From Bacteroidota bacterium (lineage in GTDB: Bacteria; Bacteroidota; Bacteroidia; Chitinophagales; JADIYW01), in the NCBI GenBank assembly GCA_028288625.1, contig JAQBNI010000024.1, forward strand, positions 7,098 to 71,097: a stretch of DNA of 64,000 bases, in the 5' to 3' direction. The translations under genes and the position numbers were made by a program. Shown here piece by piece: positions 30,785 through 40,182 of this stretch. Below the pieces are notes generated by a model. That model was not told the DNA's origin and did no database searches. It was given only the letters and a program-made list of their open reading frames with translations. Position 1 is the stretch's first letter. Each line of letters opens with the position of its first letter.

Positions 30785-30789
30785 ATTTT

Positions 30790-30821
30790 AAAGAGAGAAC
30801 ATTTAGTTCTCTCTTTTTTTT
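30790..30821 (+). terminator. intrinsic terminator after tsf
   Basis: AAAGAGAGAAC-ATTTA-GTTCTCTCTTT followed by a T-run. Confidence 0.8.
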
Positions 30822-30853
30822 GCCTATTTTTATCCATTATAGAAAATCAAGCA

Positions 30854-31564
30854 ATGAAAAAACCGGTCAAACGCATTCTACTAAAACTCAGCGGGGAAGC
30901 ATTAATGGGCGATCAGCAATTCGGCATCCAGGCGGAAACACTCGGACTTTTCGCTGATGAAATTGTGCAAGTCATTAAAGCCGGCTACCAGGTTGGCGTT
31001 GTGATCGGCGGCGGAAATATTTTCCGCGGTTTACAAGCCGGCACTATTGGCATAGAGCGTTCGCAGGGAGATTACATGGGTATGCTCGCCACCATCATCA
31101 ATGGTATGGCATTACAAGGTGCAATCGAATCGCGCGGCATCTATACACGGTTATTATCGGCATTGAATATTTCGCAGGTATGTGAGCCCTATATACGCAG
31201 GAGAGCCGTACGACATTTGGAAAAAGGAAGATGCATCATTATGGCGGCAGGCACCGGAAATCCATATTTTACTACTGACACCGCCGCAGCTTTGCGTGCA
31301 AACGAAATTGAAGCGGATGTTATTTTAAAAGGCACGAGCGTAGACGGCATTTATTCCGCCGATCCGAAAAAAGATCCGAAAGCTACTAAGTTTGAAACCA
31401 TTTCTTTTGATGAAGTGCTGATCAAAAATCTCCGTATCATGGATCAGACCGCATTCGCTTTATGCAAGGAAAATAAAATGCCAATCATTGTTTTTAATAT
31501 TAAGGAACGCGGTAATATCCTGCGTATTCTCGAGGGAGAAAAGTTGGGTACTCTGGTAAGTTAA
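30854..31564 (+). CDS. pyrH: UMP kinase
   Basis: [44 protein letters not shown]. Confidence 0.97.
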   Translation: MKKPVKRILLKLSGEALMGDQQFGIQAETLGLFADEIVQVIKAGYQVGVVIGGGNIFRGLQAGTIGIERSQGDYMGMLATIINGMALQGAIESRGIYTRLLSALNISQVCEPYIRRRAVRHLEKGRCIIMAAGTGNPYFTTDTAAALRANEIEADVILKGTSVDGIYSADPKKDPKATKFETISFDEVLIKNLRIMDQTAFALCKENKMPIIVFNIKERGNILRILEGEKLGTLVS

Positions 31565-31630
31565 TTGTCACTTAAAATTTATTAAATTATTTTTTTTATA
31601 TTTGAATAAATCAATTCAAAAACCAATCCT

Positions 31631-32218
31631 ATGAAAAAATCATTCACACTTATCCTTGCGGCATTTATTATATGCTCGGCAATATCATGTAAGAAAAAAA
31701 GCAGCAATTCACTTGGCGCATGCTCTGACGGCAGTGCAAACTTTACGCACCTGGGAATCGGACACGAATTAGTGTACGCATTCTATGGCTTCTCAGATGA
31801 TACGATGATCGTCAGGAATCTTTCTACGACATCTGCAGGTACATATAAGTCTACGATAACCTTTGAGCCGTCCGGCACTGCACAGGATATTTATTATACA
31901 GCTTGCGGAAAGGACCTTTACACTTCTTTAAACGGAGACTATACGCAATACGGACACTACTGGCTTTCTCTGGATGCAAATGTCGGCGATTCATGGACGC
32001 GTACATTAAACGGCAGCGTTTATAATTATAAATTGTATTCCAAGGATGCAACGGTGACTACCCCGTTTCTTGGGAACACATATACGAATTGCTACAAATT
32101 TTCATACCGCTCTAATACCGGCTTCTTTACCGACACGATCTATTTCAAACCTGACATGGGAATTGTTTTTTATGATGGATTTTCTGCAAGCTACGAGCTC
32201 GTAAGAAAAAACTTTTAA
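31631..32218 (+). CDS. hypothetical lipoprotein
   Basis: Lipobox AISC followed by KKK; beta-rich with VGDSW, VTTP, YF...GIV motifs typical of Bacteroidota DUF3108-like lipoproteins. Confidence 0.75.
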   Translation: MKKSFTLILAAFIICSAISCKKKSSNSLGACSDGSANFTHLGIGHELVYAFYGFSDDTMIVRNLSTTSAGTYKSTITFEPSGTAQDIYYTACGKDLYTSLNGDYTQYGHYWLSLDANVGDSWTRTLNGSVYNYKLYSKDATVTTPFLGNTYTNCYKFSYRSNTGFFTDTIYFKPDMGIVFYDGFSASYELVRKNF

Positions 32219-32232
32219 GAAAGATTGTAAGG

Positions 32233-34212
32233 TTAATGAATTACCTGGAACTTCTTCGTTTCAGAAGTTTTATCATTTTGAATGTTCAATAAATATAATC
32301 CGGTTGGAAAGCTGCTTACATCAATAGTTGTTTCCTTATCTCTTATTTTATTCCTGCCAATTATTTTTCCGGAGATATCGTATAAAATATAAGAAGCATT
32401 TTTAAATTCAGTTTCATTCAACTTTAAATTCAGTGTAGACGAAGAAGGGTTTGGAAATAAAGTAAAACTATTTTCTTCTGCTACAGTATTTCTTACACTA
32501 ATAATGTTTTCACGCAATTTGTAAATAGCTATATCAGCTTCTGAAGAATCGGAGAGGCAGAGATTGCTTTCCTGTGAAATAAGAGTAAGAGCATTATCCT
32601 GCATGTTTAAAAAATAAAACGCTACCGGTAAATTTCCATTCCTTGTAAAATTGATGTGTTCATCCATAGCACTGATCCGTGATACTTCACCGATAGAGCT
32701 TGAAACAAAAAAATACATTGGCTTGGCATAATACGGATTAATCGTATCCATATAACTCACATTCACAATAAACTTGTCATTGTAATTAACCGTGTAGTAA
32801 TAGGTAATACTGCTTGCCGGAAAATATAAGGCACTATCAATAATAACGGTATCAGGCAATGCGGTATTCCACATAGTAATTCCGCTCGTATCTATTTTGG
32901 TAATTCTGTTACTATGCCGTAATCCGAATCCTGCAAAATAAGAGCTGTCCGGGTTGAGAAAAAAACCATCACTTAAATTTCGTGCGCCTTCAAGGTCTTC
33001 TGACGGTTTCATCCATAAAGTATCCCCAGATTCCAGGTTGAGTTTCATTAAATAATATTTGTTTTCCTGACTTCCCATACTGAAAGTTTCCCGGTAGAAT
33101 AAATAAGGCAAATGGGGGTCATCATTAGGAGAATTCATAAAAGGAAAATTCACATCACTATATCCATACGTAATCAAGCCATTTGCATCTTCCGCACCTG
33201 AAATAGAATGCATTTCATGAAGAGTAAAACTCATATCCGAAGAATTAATGATATACCATACGACATGACTTGCATCCGATGAACCCGAATCTGATAAATA
33301 ACCACCTAAAAATATTTTTCCATCGGGCAGCCATTTGTGGAGATATAACTGCGGTCTTTTGCCTGCAATGCTGAACGATAGCGGTACAACATTTCCGCTG
33401 TTTGTAATCTTTGCAAAATAATATGCCGTATCACTGATATCATAATAACCTTGCTCGATATAAAAACTGCTGCCTGAATTTAATACACTTAAATAACCTC
33501 CGGCAATTATATTTTTTGATACGGTTTTGCGGTTTACGTTTACTGTGTATACAGCAGTATAGGTAGTTCCCACCGGTTCAAACACATACATTTGTGTTAT
33601 TGCATATTGAAATACAAATTGATAGATACTATCGTTTAATTTTATAGACGACATAGAATTCGTGGTGATATTGGAATCCGTTTGAATAGTATCCACGTGA
33701 AAGGGAATGGTCTTATAGGTTCCATCAATATTTAAAATTCCAAAGTCGATCATAAAATTGCGCTGTACCAAATTCCCGGAAGATATTTTTTCAAGGCTAT
33801 CGATATAGGTATAACTTAAAAGTATTTCATTGCCTGCTCTTGTATAGATTGAATAATTATAGTCAAATGAAGGGAATGGTATCTGACCAAGTACGCCCGG
33901 AAAATAATGAACGTAGTATGCATCCTGTGTATTTGCAATCATTCTCTTCCAGATCGTATCGCCGCCTGAATTCATTAACAACAACCAGTTATTTGAAAAA
34001 AGATTGAATGAATCTGCCGCATTAGCATTCCTGGTAAACTCGTGTGTATAAGAGGCGGAACGTATATTCATTAAAAAAGAAGAAGTCGAAACAGTGTCCA
34101 GGGATGTAACAAAATCATTTTTCTCACCCTCGAAACATTTCACCCTTTCAAGTATTTGAGCCTGTGAAAAATGAGTCGTGAAAAATGAAATAACAATCAG
34201 AAAAAGCCGCAT
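32233..34212 (-). CDS. T9SS type A sorting domain protein, probably beta-propeller-like
   Basis: Signal peptide (SQA|Q), repeated GDT.W motifs, CTD LFPNPS...IDVSSFPTGLYLL...KKF. Confidence 0.82.
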   Translation of the reverse strand: MRLFLIVISFFTTHFSQAQILERVKCFEGEKNDFVTSLDTVSTSSFLMNIRSASYTHEFTRNANAADSFNLFSNNWLLLMNSGGDTIWKRMIANTQDAYYVHYFPGVLGQIPFPSFDYNYSIYTRAGNEILLSYTYIDSLEKISSGNLVQRNFMIDFGILNIDGTYKTIPFHVDTIQTDSNITTNSMSSIKLNDSIYQFVFQYAITQMYVFEPVGTTYTAVYTVNVNRKTVSKNIIAGGYLSVLNSGSSFYIEQGYYDISDTAYYFAKITNSGNVVPLSFSIAGKRPQLYLHKWLPDGKIFLGGYLSDSGSSDASHVVWYIINSSDMSFTLHEMHSISGAEDANGLITYGYSDVNFPFMNSPNDDPHLPYLFYRETFSMGSQENKYYLMKLNLESGDTLWMKPSEDLEGARNLSDGFFLNPDSSYFAGFGLRHSNRITKIDTSGITMWNTALPDTVIIDSALYFPASSITYYYTVNYNDKFIVNVSYMDTINPYYAKPMYFFVSSSIGEVSRISAMDEHINFTRNGNLPVAFYFLNMQDNALTLISQESNLCLSDSSEADIAIYKLRENIISVRNTVAEENSFTLFPNPSSSTLNLKLNETEFKNASYILYDISGKIIGRNKIRDKETTIDVSSFPTGLYLLNIQNDKTSETKKFQVIH

Positions 34213-34287
34213 ATCGTCTGTTTAATCAAATATAAATAAAATCCTAATGAAAACACTCGTTTAACATGCGAAAATTGCCAACTGATA

Positions 34288-34319
34288 TTTGTCAACTGCA
34301 AACTATTCCTTTATATTTG
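34288..34319 (+). promoter_or_regulatory. Bacteroidota housekeeping promoter of frr (-33/-7)
   Basis: TTTG (34288-34291) and TATATTTG (34312-34319) with a 20-nt spacer. Confidence 0.6.
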
Positions 34320-34338
34320 TTTACGATAAATCACAAAG

Positions 34339-34902
34339 ATGGAAGAAGACGTACAAATGATCCTTGATGAAACAAAGGATTCCATGTTTAAGGCAATAAA
34401 GCATCTTGAAGAAGAATTGCGAAAGGTGCGTGCAGGAAAGGCAAGTCCTGATATGGTGCAGGGCATCAACGTAGAATATTACGGAATACCTACTCCTATC
34501 AACCAGATTGCAAGCATTAAATTACTCGATGCGAGAACACTGGTGATCGTTCCGTTTGAAAGAAAAATTATCGGCGATGTGGAACGTGCGATCTTTCAAA
34601 GCAACATGGGTATCACTCCACAAAATGACGGTGAAAATATCCGCTTGTCTGTTCCCCCGATGACTGAAGAACGCAGACGCGAATTAGTGAAGCAATCTAA
34701 GAACCACGGCGAGCAAACAAAGATCGTTATCCGCAATGCACGCAAAGATGGAAATGAAATGGTAAAGAGTTTGATTAAGGATGGCTTAAGCGAAGACCTC
34801 GGAAAGAATGCGGAAGATGCGATTCAACACCTCACTAACGATTATATTACTAAGGTGGATAAGATGCTCGTTGAGAAAGAGCAGGAAGTAATGACTATTT
34901 AG
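34339..34902 (+). CDS. frr: ribosome recycling factor
   Basis: VRAGKASP, VEYYG, PQNDG, PPMTEERRRELVK, IRNARKD. Confidence 0.97.
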   Translation: MEEDVQMILDETKDSMFKAIKHLEEELRKVRAGKASPDMVQGINVEYYGIPTPINQIASIKLLDARTLVIVPFERKIIGDVERAIFQSNMGITPQNDGENIRLSVPPMTEERRRELVKQSKNHGEQTKIVIRNARKDGNEMVKSLIKDGLSEDLGKNAEDAIQHLTNDYITKVDKMLVEKEQEVMTI

Positions 34903-35023
34903 ATCACGTTATCAGATCACGGATCACAGTATTCCTAAATCGAACGAATCTTCTTAATGATACGACATTAATTTCCTGATAACATTGCGGTGAACTGTGA
35001 ACTGTGAACCGCGAACCGTGAAC
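34901..35023. repeat. inverted heptamer-array element, left copy (TCAC-type arm ... GTGAAC-type arm)
   Basis: agatcac..agatcacggatcacag followed by gtgaactgtgaactgtgaaccgcgaaccgtgaac. Confidence 0.8.
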
Positions 35024-35062
35024 AACTATTGATCTTTCCCTCACACTTTCGTAAATTTAAAT

Positions 35063-35377
35063 ATGAAACCTGCAAAGGTCATATTAGCAATCATTATTCT
35101 CATCGTCATTTTCCTTACCTCATGTATCAAGGATGACTATCCTGCGAAAGGCTTTCTCGTCAGATATGATCCAAGGGATTGTGCTTGCTGCGGTGGATTA
35201 TTCGTAAACCTCAATAATGTTGATACCGTAAACACAAGTACAAAACTCGTAAATAGTTTACCGGTGGATTTTGTTTTTGATCAGAGTGAATTACCGTTAA
35301 AGGTTCAGTTTGCCTGGCAAAACGGTGGCGGCTGTATGGCAAATAATATAATTATCACGAAGATTAAGCGAAGATAA
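35063..35377 (+). CDS. small hypothetical lipoprotein with CACCGG motif
   Basis: Lipobox LTSC; D.R.CACCGG motif; 104 aa. Confidence 0.72.
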   Translation: MKPAKVILAIIILIVIFLTSCIKDDYPAKGFLVRYDPRDCACCGGLFVNLNNVDTVNTSTKLVNSLPVDFVFDQSELPLKVQFAWQNGGGCMANNIIITKIKRR

Positions 35378-35468
35378 GGTTCACAGTTCGCGGTTCACAG
35401 TTCACAGAAAATATAATTACTCATTTAAGAAGATATGGCAGTGATCCGTGAACTATCAGCTGTGAACT
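35378..35468. repeat. inverted heptamer-array element, right copy
   Basis: 35379-35407 is the reverse complement of 34995-35023 at 28/29 nt; outer arm cagtgatccgtgaact..ctgtgaact. Confidence 0.8.
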
Positions 35469-35469
35469 A

Positions 35470-35853
35470 CTACAAGAAATTAGCGGATCGCAATAAAGAA
35501 ACAGTGATCACTAAATAAGGAAAACTAAAAGCCGACAAAAACAAAATAAGATATTTATCTCTTCGGCGCATATCATTCACACTTACATATTCAATGGCAT
35601 GATGTATTTCACTCCTGTATTTTCTATTGATGAAATTAAAATTCAGAAATGCAAAGATCCCGAATACCATCCAGCACAAAACTTTAAATTCAAGCAACCC
35701 TGTAAGTTTTAACAGCATCGCAAGAACAGGCGTGCAATAAAGGAAAGCAACCATCGCCAGCAATGCGATCACCGTGTCAGCTGTGTATGTGTCCTTGTTT
35801 TCAAGACTGTATTTGCGGTAAAGAAAAAAGACTTTGTATCTTACTATTTTCAT
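35470..35853 (-). CDS. hypothetical small membrane protein (3 TM)
   Basis: 127-aa ORF with three hydrophobic segments. Confidence 0.6.
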   Translation of the reverse strand: MKIVRYKVFFLYRKYSLENKDTYTADTVIALLAMVAFLYCTPVLAMLLKLTGLLEFKVLCWMVFGIFAFLNFNFINRKYRSEIHHAIEYVSVNDMRRRDKYLILFLSAFSFPYLVITVSLLRSANFL

Positions 35854-35959
35854 AACGTATCAATTAATAAATAAAAATTTCGATTACAACAGTAGCATTG
35901 TTGTACTATAAAAATAGTAAATTCTTTGATTGCCTTCGCTCTTTATTCTTAATTTATTA

Positions 35960-37501
35960 TTAAGCCTTTATACCTTCCTTTGTCACGAGCTTATACTCGC
36001 CTAAATGAAGAGAGGAATCCTGAACGAGGCGGATCCATTTTTTTGTTTTGGAAAACCAGTTCATCCGGAAGGAGAATGTATCTTTTTTCAGGTAAGCATA
36101 TATAAATGGATGTACATATAACAAAAAGTTACTCGACTCATGCGTTTTTAAATGGTTTAATTCCGATTGGATATTATCTATGATCTGCAGCGGCTGATCT
36201 ACCTTGTACTTACTGTTTACATGCAGCAAGGGCTCGCGCGTATCCACACTGATCTGATCCTTCATCCGCTGGCGTGTAATTTCCATCAACCCGAATTTAC
36301 TTATGGGAAGAATGACATGCTTAGCTTTATCAGGTTTCATCGCATTCATCATGGCTTCATACAGCTTATGCTTGTATTCCGCAGCACGCATATCAATAAA
36401 ATCAATTACAATTATTCCACCGATATCCCGCAGCCTTAACTGACGCGCAATTTCCTGTGCAGCCTCCACGTTGATATTAAATGCAAGCGTATCCTGCGCG
36501 ATATCTCTTTTTACTTTCGGTCCGCTATTCACATCTATTACATGCAATGCTTCCGTGTGCTCGAGGATCACGTAAGCGCCGCTTTTCAGCGTTACCGTTT
36601 TACCGAATGCAGTTTTTACCTGGCGACTAACATCATACGATTCAAATAGCGGCGTATGACCTGTATATTTATTTAAGATAGATGCTTGTTCAGGAGCGTG
36701 TTCCTTGATATATGCTTTTAAGTCGCCATGCAAAGTTGGATTATCGGTAATGATCTTAGAGAAACTATCGTTCATCATATCTCTCACGATCGAGAAAGTC
36801 TTGCTCATTTCTTTCAGCAATAGCTTTGGAGGCGGCTGATACTTCGCATTATCACTCATCACCTTCCACTTATGCAGCAGGTTTTCTACATCATGCGTCA
36901 ACTCATCCTGTCCGATGCCTTCCGCATTTGTACGAACAACGAAACCAAAATTCTTCCGCTTGATCTTGTGCATCACATCCAGTAACCGCTGTCTTTCTTC
37001 AGGGTTATCGATCTTTTTAGAAATACCAATGGAGTTTGTGAACGGAACGAGCACCACATACCTTCCGGGAATGGAAAGCTCGCAGGTCAGGCGCGGACCT
37101 TTCGTGGAAATTGCCTCTTTCGAGATCTGGAAAACGAGGATATCTCCTTTTTCCAAAACATCAACCATCTGACCATCCTTTTGAATGTATGGCTCAAAAT
37201 CAAATTTATCCAATAAGTGTGATTGCTCTCCTTTAAACGCTTCCGAACTGTATCTCTTGATTGTCCGGATGTAAGGACTTAAATCTGAATAGTGTATAAA
37301 AGCATCTTTTTCATGTCCGACATCTACGAAGGCTGCATTTAATCCCGGATTTATCTTTTTTACTTTTCCTAAGTAAATATCACCGGCTGAAAAACCTTCC
37401 TTATCGTACGCGTCAAGATGATATTCAACTAATTTTTTGTCTTCAAGAAGCGCTATCTCAACACCTTTGGAATTAGTGTGTATTACTAATTCTTTTATCA
37501 T
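35960..37501 (-). CDS. rng: ribonuclease E/G family
   Basis: GDIYLGKV..PGLNAAFVD, KEAISTKGPRLT, IDVNSG, RQLRLRDIGGIIVIDFIDM. Confidence 0.93.
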   Translation of the reverse strand: MIKELVIHTNSKGVEIALLEDKKLVEYHLDAYDKEGFSAGDIYLGKVKKINPGLNAAFVDVGHEKDAFIHYSDLSPYIRTIKRYSSEAFKGEQSHLLDKFDFEPYIQKDGQMVDVLEKGDILVFQISKEAISTKGPRLTCELSIPGRYVVLVPFTNSIGISKKIDNPEERQRLLDVMHKIKRKNFGFVVRTNAEGIGQDELTHDVENLLHKWKVMSDNAKYQPPPKLLLKEMSKTFSIVRDMMNDSFSKIITDNPTLHGDLKAYIKEHAPEQASILNKYTGHTPLFESYDVSRQVKTAFGKTVTLKSGAYVILEHTEALHVIDVNSGPKVKRDIAQDTLAFNINVEAAQEIARQLRLRDIGGIIVIDFIDMRAAEYKHKLYEAMMNAMKPDKAKHVILPISKFGLMEITRQRMKDQISVDTREPLLHVNSKYKVDQPLQIIDNIQSELNHLKTHESSNFLLYVHPFIYAYLKKDTFSFRMNWFSKTKKWIRLVQDSSLHLGEYKLVTKEGIKA

Positions 37502-37509
37502 GTGTTTTT

Positions 37510-37539
37510 AGTTGTAAGTCGTAAGTTGTAAGTCGTAAG
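37510..37539. repeat. heptamer tandem repeat (AGTYGTA)x4
   Basis: AGTTGTA AGTCGTA AGTTGTA AGTCGTA AG immediately upstream of the rng start. Confidence 0.8.
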
Positions 37540-37568
37540 ATATTTGCGGCTTATTCCTTAGGACCAGG

Positions 37569-37658
37569 TTACTTCTTCTTGTGTCTGTTTTTTCTGAGAC
37601 GTTTTTTACGTTTGTGCGTCGCAATCTTGTGACGTTTTCTTTTTTTTCCGCAAGGCAT
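37569..37658 (-). CDS. 30S ribosomal protein bS22 (29 aa; absent from the ORF track)
   Basis: Manual translation MPCGKKRKRHKIATHKRKKRLRKNRHKKK*; matches the Bacteroidia bS22 pattern MPxGKKRKRHKxATHKRKKR. Confidence 0.9.
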   Translation of the reverse strand: MPCGKKRKRHKIATHKRKKRLRKNRHKKK

Positions 37659-37660
37659 AA

Positions 37661-38494
37661 TTAAACTTTTTTACTTTTTAAACTTTTGATTATATCATCA
37701 ATTTCTTTATCGAAATCTTTGTTTCCAACTAATAATTTGCACATTTCAAACAGGCGGATGGCTTCCTCGGTATGTCCGGATTGTGCTTCCGTTATTGCCA
37801 TAAAATAAAGTGCTTCCGTATTCTGTGGCTCCAGCTTTAAAACTTTCTGCAGCCGCTCCTTCGCTTTATCCAGTTGACCCGATTGAATGGATAACCTTCC
37901 CAAAGCCAGCAACACCGGAATATTATCGGGAAGGCTGTCTGCTAATTGCCGCAAAATGCCTATTCCCTTCATCGGTTCCTGCGAAGCCTGAACGTATACT
38001 TCTGCCAGTTTTATCTTCAGCTCTACATCATTTCCACGCTGTAAAGCATTTTCATAAGAACGGAGCGCAAAGGTAACCAATTTATCTGAAATAATTGAGT
38101 CTGAACCGCTTTTAAATGCGTTAACGAGCACGTCACCGGCATTGGAAAACGCTGTTTTGGTGCCTTCGATCTCTGCAAACTTGTATACATAGTAAGAAGC
38201 AAGGGATTGGTTGCCGAGATTGGTCCAGAATTGCGATGCCTGAAGGTATAATTTCTTTAAGGAGGCGGTATCTTCCTTTGATGTATTACTGATAGCAGAA
38301 GTGATGGCATTTAACTGCGCTTTTTCAGGCGGCAATAATTTTGCGGTCTGCTGCTGATCAAATTGTTCAAAAGAGTAACGCTCAACAGGCGCGGCTGTCG
38401 CTTTGTCTTTTTTTGGAATAGTTCTTCCTCCGAAATAAAGTGCTAATGCTAAAATTACTGTGCCAACACCCAATACTATCTGTCCCTTCTGCAC
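37661..38494 (-). CDS. membrane-anchored TPR protein
   Basis: N-terminal TM helix; PMKGIGIL and LGRLSIQSGQLDKA TPR helices; lies between HU and bS22/rng. Confidence 0.85.
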   Translation of the reverse strand: MQKGQIVLGVGTVILALALYFGGRTIPKKDKATAAPVERYSFEQFDQQQTAKLLPPEKAQLNAITSAISNTSKEDTASLKKLYLQASQFWTNLGNQSLASYYVYKFAEIEGTKTAFSNAGDVLVNAFKSGSDSIISDKLVTFALRSYENALQRGNDVELKIKLAEVYVQASQEPMKGIGILRQLADSLPDNIPVLLALGRLSIQSGQLDKAKERLQKVLKLEPQNTEALYFMAITEAQSGHTEEAIRLFEMCKLLVGNKDFDKEIDDIIKSLKSKKV

Positions 38495-38502
38495 TCTAAC
38501 AA

Positions 38503-38811
38503 TTATTTGGGTGCAGCTGCCTGCTTCTTAAAGCTGGATTCCTTGATTTGTTCAACAAATACTTTGGAAGGCTTAAATGCGGGAATTTGGTGTTCAGGAA
38601 TTTCTATGGCAATATTCTTTTTAATATTACGACCGATCTTTGCCTTACGGGTTTTAACGATAAAACTTCCGAAGCCGCGAACATACAGATTCTCACCATC
38701 AGCTAAAGTATCTTTAACTTCCTTGAAGAAAGCTTCCATGGCTACTAATACGTCTACTTTTGGAACGCCTGTTTTTTCTGAAATAGTGGTAATGATGTCT
38801 GCTTTTCTCAT
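38503..38811 (-). CDS. HU/IHF family DNA-binding protein
   Basis: MRKADII, YVRGFGSF, RKAKIGRNI, IPAFKPSK. Confidence 0.95.
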   Translation of the reverse strand: MRKADIITTISEKTGVPKVDVLVAMEAFFKEVKDTLADGENLYVRGFGSFIVKTRKAKIGRNIKKNIAIEIPEHQIPAFKPSKVFVEQIKESSFKKQAAAPK

Positions 38812-39058
38812 GGTGGTTGTTTAATTGATAATGCAAAAATGCAAAATATTTTTTACTAACTTACTAATATACACGAAATTAGAGTTTTTTTAATATTTGC
38901 GCATATCTATCAATGAAAAAATTGAAAATAAAGTGAAAATTATTTTTTCATAATATTTTAAAAAGCAAAACAAAAAGCATATACTGATAATTGTGTGATG
39001 ACGAAAAATTCAATTTGCAGAATCTTTATTAATTTTGATAATTATTATTTAGCTATTC

Positions 39059-40123
39059 ATGTCATTTTCTTTCTCTAAAATATTGATGGAATGGTACGAT
39101 CCAACAACCAGGAATCTTCCATGGAAACAAACCGGTGACGCCTATAAAATATGGCTGTCTGAAATTATTATGCAGCAAACACGCGTTGAGCAGGGCACAC
39201 CATATTATTTGTCTTTTGTAAAACAATATCCCACAGTAAAAAAACTGGCTGCTGCGCCTTTAGATGAAGTTTTAAAATTATGGGAGGGATTGGGTTATTA
39301 CTCGCGCGCAAGAAACCTGCATTATGCAGCAAAGCAGGTAATGACAGAACACAAAGGAAAATTCCCTTCAACACATAAAGAAATATTGAAATTAAAAGGG
39401 ATCGGTAGTTACACTGCTGCTGCCATTTCTTCCTTTGCTTACAACTTGCCTCACGCGGTCCTGGATGGAAATGTTTTTCGCTTTCTCTCAAGAGTATATG
39501 GTATTGAAACACCTGTCGACTCAACAGCCGGCAAGAAACAATTTGAAAACCTCGCGACTCAGCTGCTCAACAAAAAAGATCCGGCATTATACAACCAGGC
39601 GATCATGGATTTCGGTTCGCTCGTATGCAAACCCAAAAATCCCTTGTGCACTGCATGTCCTTTCAGCAGTCATTGCAAGGCGTTGGAATTAAATAAAGTG
39701 CAGCTTCTCCCTGTTAAAGGAAAAAAACTCATCAAAACGGAAAGGCATTTTCATTACCTCGTTTTATTTGATGCGAAGCATATCTATATAAAGCAAAGGG
39801 AAGCAAATGATATCTGGAAAGGATTGTTTGAATTTCCGATGGTTGAGGAGGTCGACAGTCCACGGGCGACAGTCCACAGTAATATTTTCAAAAACATGGA
39901 TGGGGTTCCAAACCGTGGACTGTGGACTGTGGACCATCGACTTTCCTACAGACAAACCCTCACCCACCAACTCATCAACGGTCATTTTTATGAGCTAAAA
40001 ACCAAAAAGTTACTTGCTGCAAATACAGGTTACCTTAAGATCTCAAAAGATTCCATCAGTAATTATGCGTTTCCAAAAATTGTCCGCACTTATTTGCAGG
40101 ACAGATTAAATTTTTTATCTTAG
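39059..40123 (+). CDS. mutY: A/G-specific adenine glycosylase MutY with an in-frame repeat-derived segment
   Basis: WLSEIIMQQTRV, WEGLGYYSRARNLH, HhH LKGIGSYTA, LDGNV, Fe-S cluster C..C..C..C, WKGLFEFP. Confidence 0.96.
   Translation: MSFSFSKILMEWYDPTTRNLPWKQTGDAYKIWLSEIIMQQTRVEQGTPYYLSFVKQYPTVKKLAAAPLDEVLKLWEGLGYYSRARNLHYAAKQVMTEHKGKFPSTHKEILKLKGIGSYTAAAISSFAYNLPHAVLDGNVFRFLSRVYGIETPVDSTAGKKQFENLATQLLNKKDPALYNQAIMDFGSLVCKPKNPLCTACPFSSHCKALELNKVQLLPVKGKKLIKTERHFHYLVLFDAKHIYIKQREANDIWKGLFEFPMVEEVDSPRATVHSNIFKNMDGVPNRGLWTVDHRLSYRQTLTHQLINGHFYELKTKKLLAANTGYLKISKDSISNYAFPKIVRTYLQDRLNFLS
39851..39941. repeat. inverted heptamer-array element (AGTCCAC / GTGGACT) inside mutY
   Basis: Arms 39851-39879 and 39913-39941 are reverse complements at 23/29 nt. 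Confidence 0.82.
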
Positions 40124-40182
40124 TTAGGAAATAATTTGACAAACATCAAATTATCTATATTTGTAACCGTAATGATAAAACT

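Noticed and set aside
34901..35468. Diversity-generating retroelement or recombinase-driven shufflon
   Set aside because: No reverse transcriptase, TR/VR pair or site-specific recombinase is present in the window; only the inverted repeats are supported.
38812..39058. ncRNA or replication origin in the very AT-rich HU-mutY spacer
   Set aside because: No stable structure or DnaA-box cluster was recognisable; it is consistent with a divergent promoter region.
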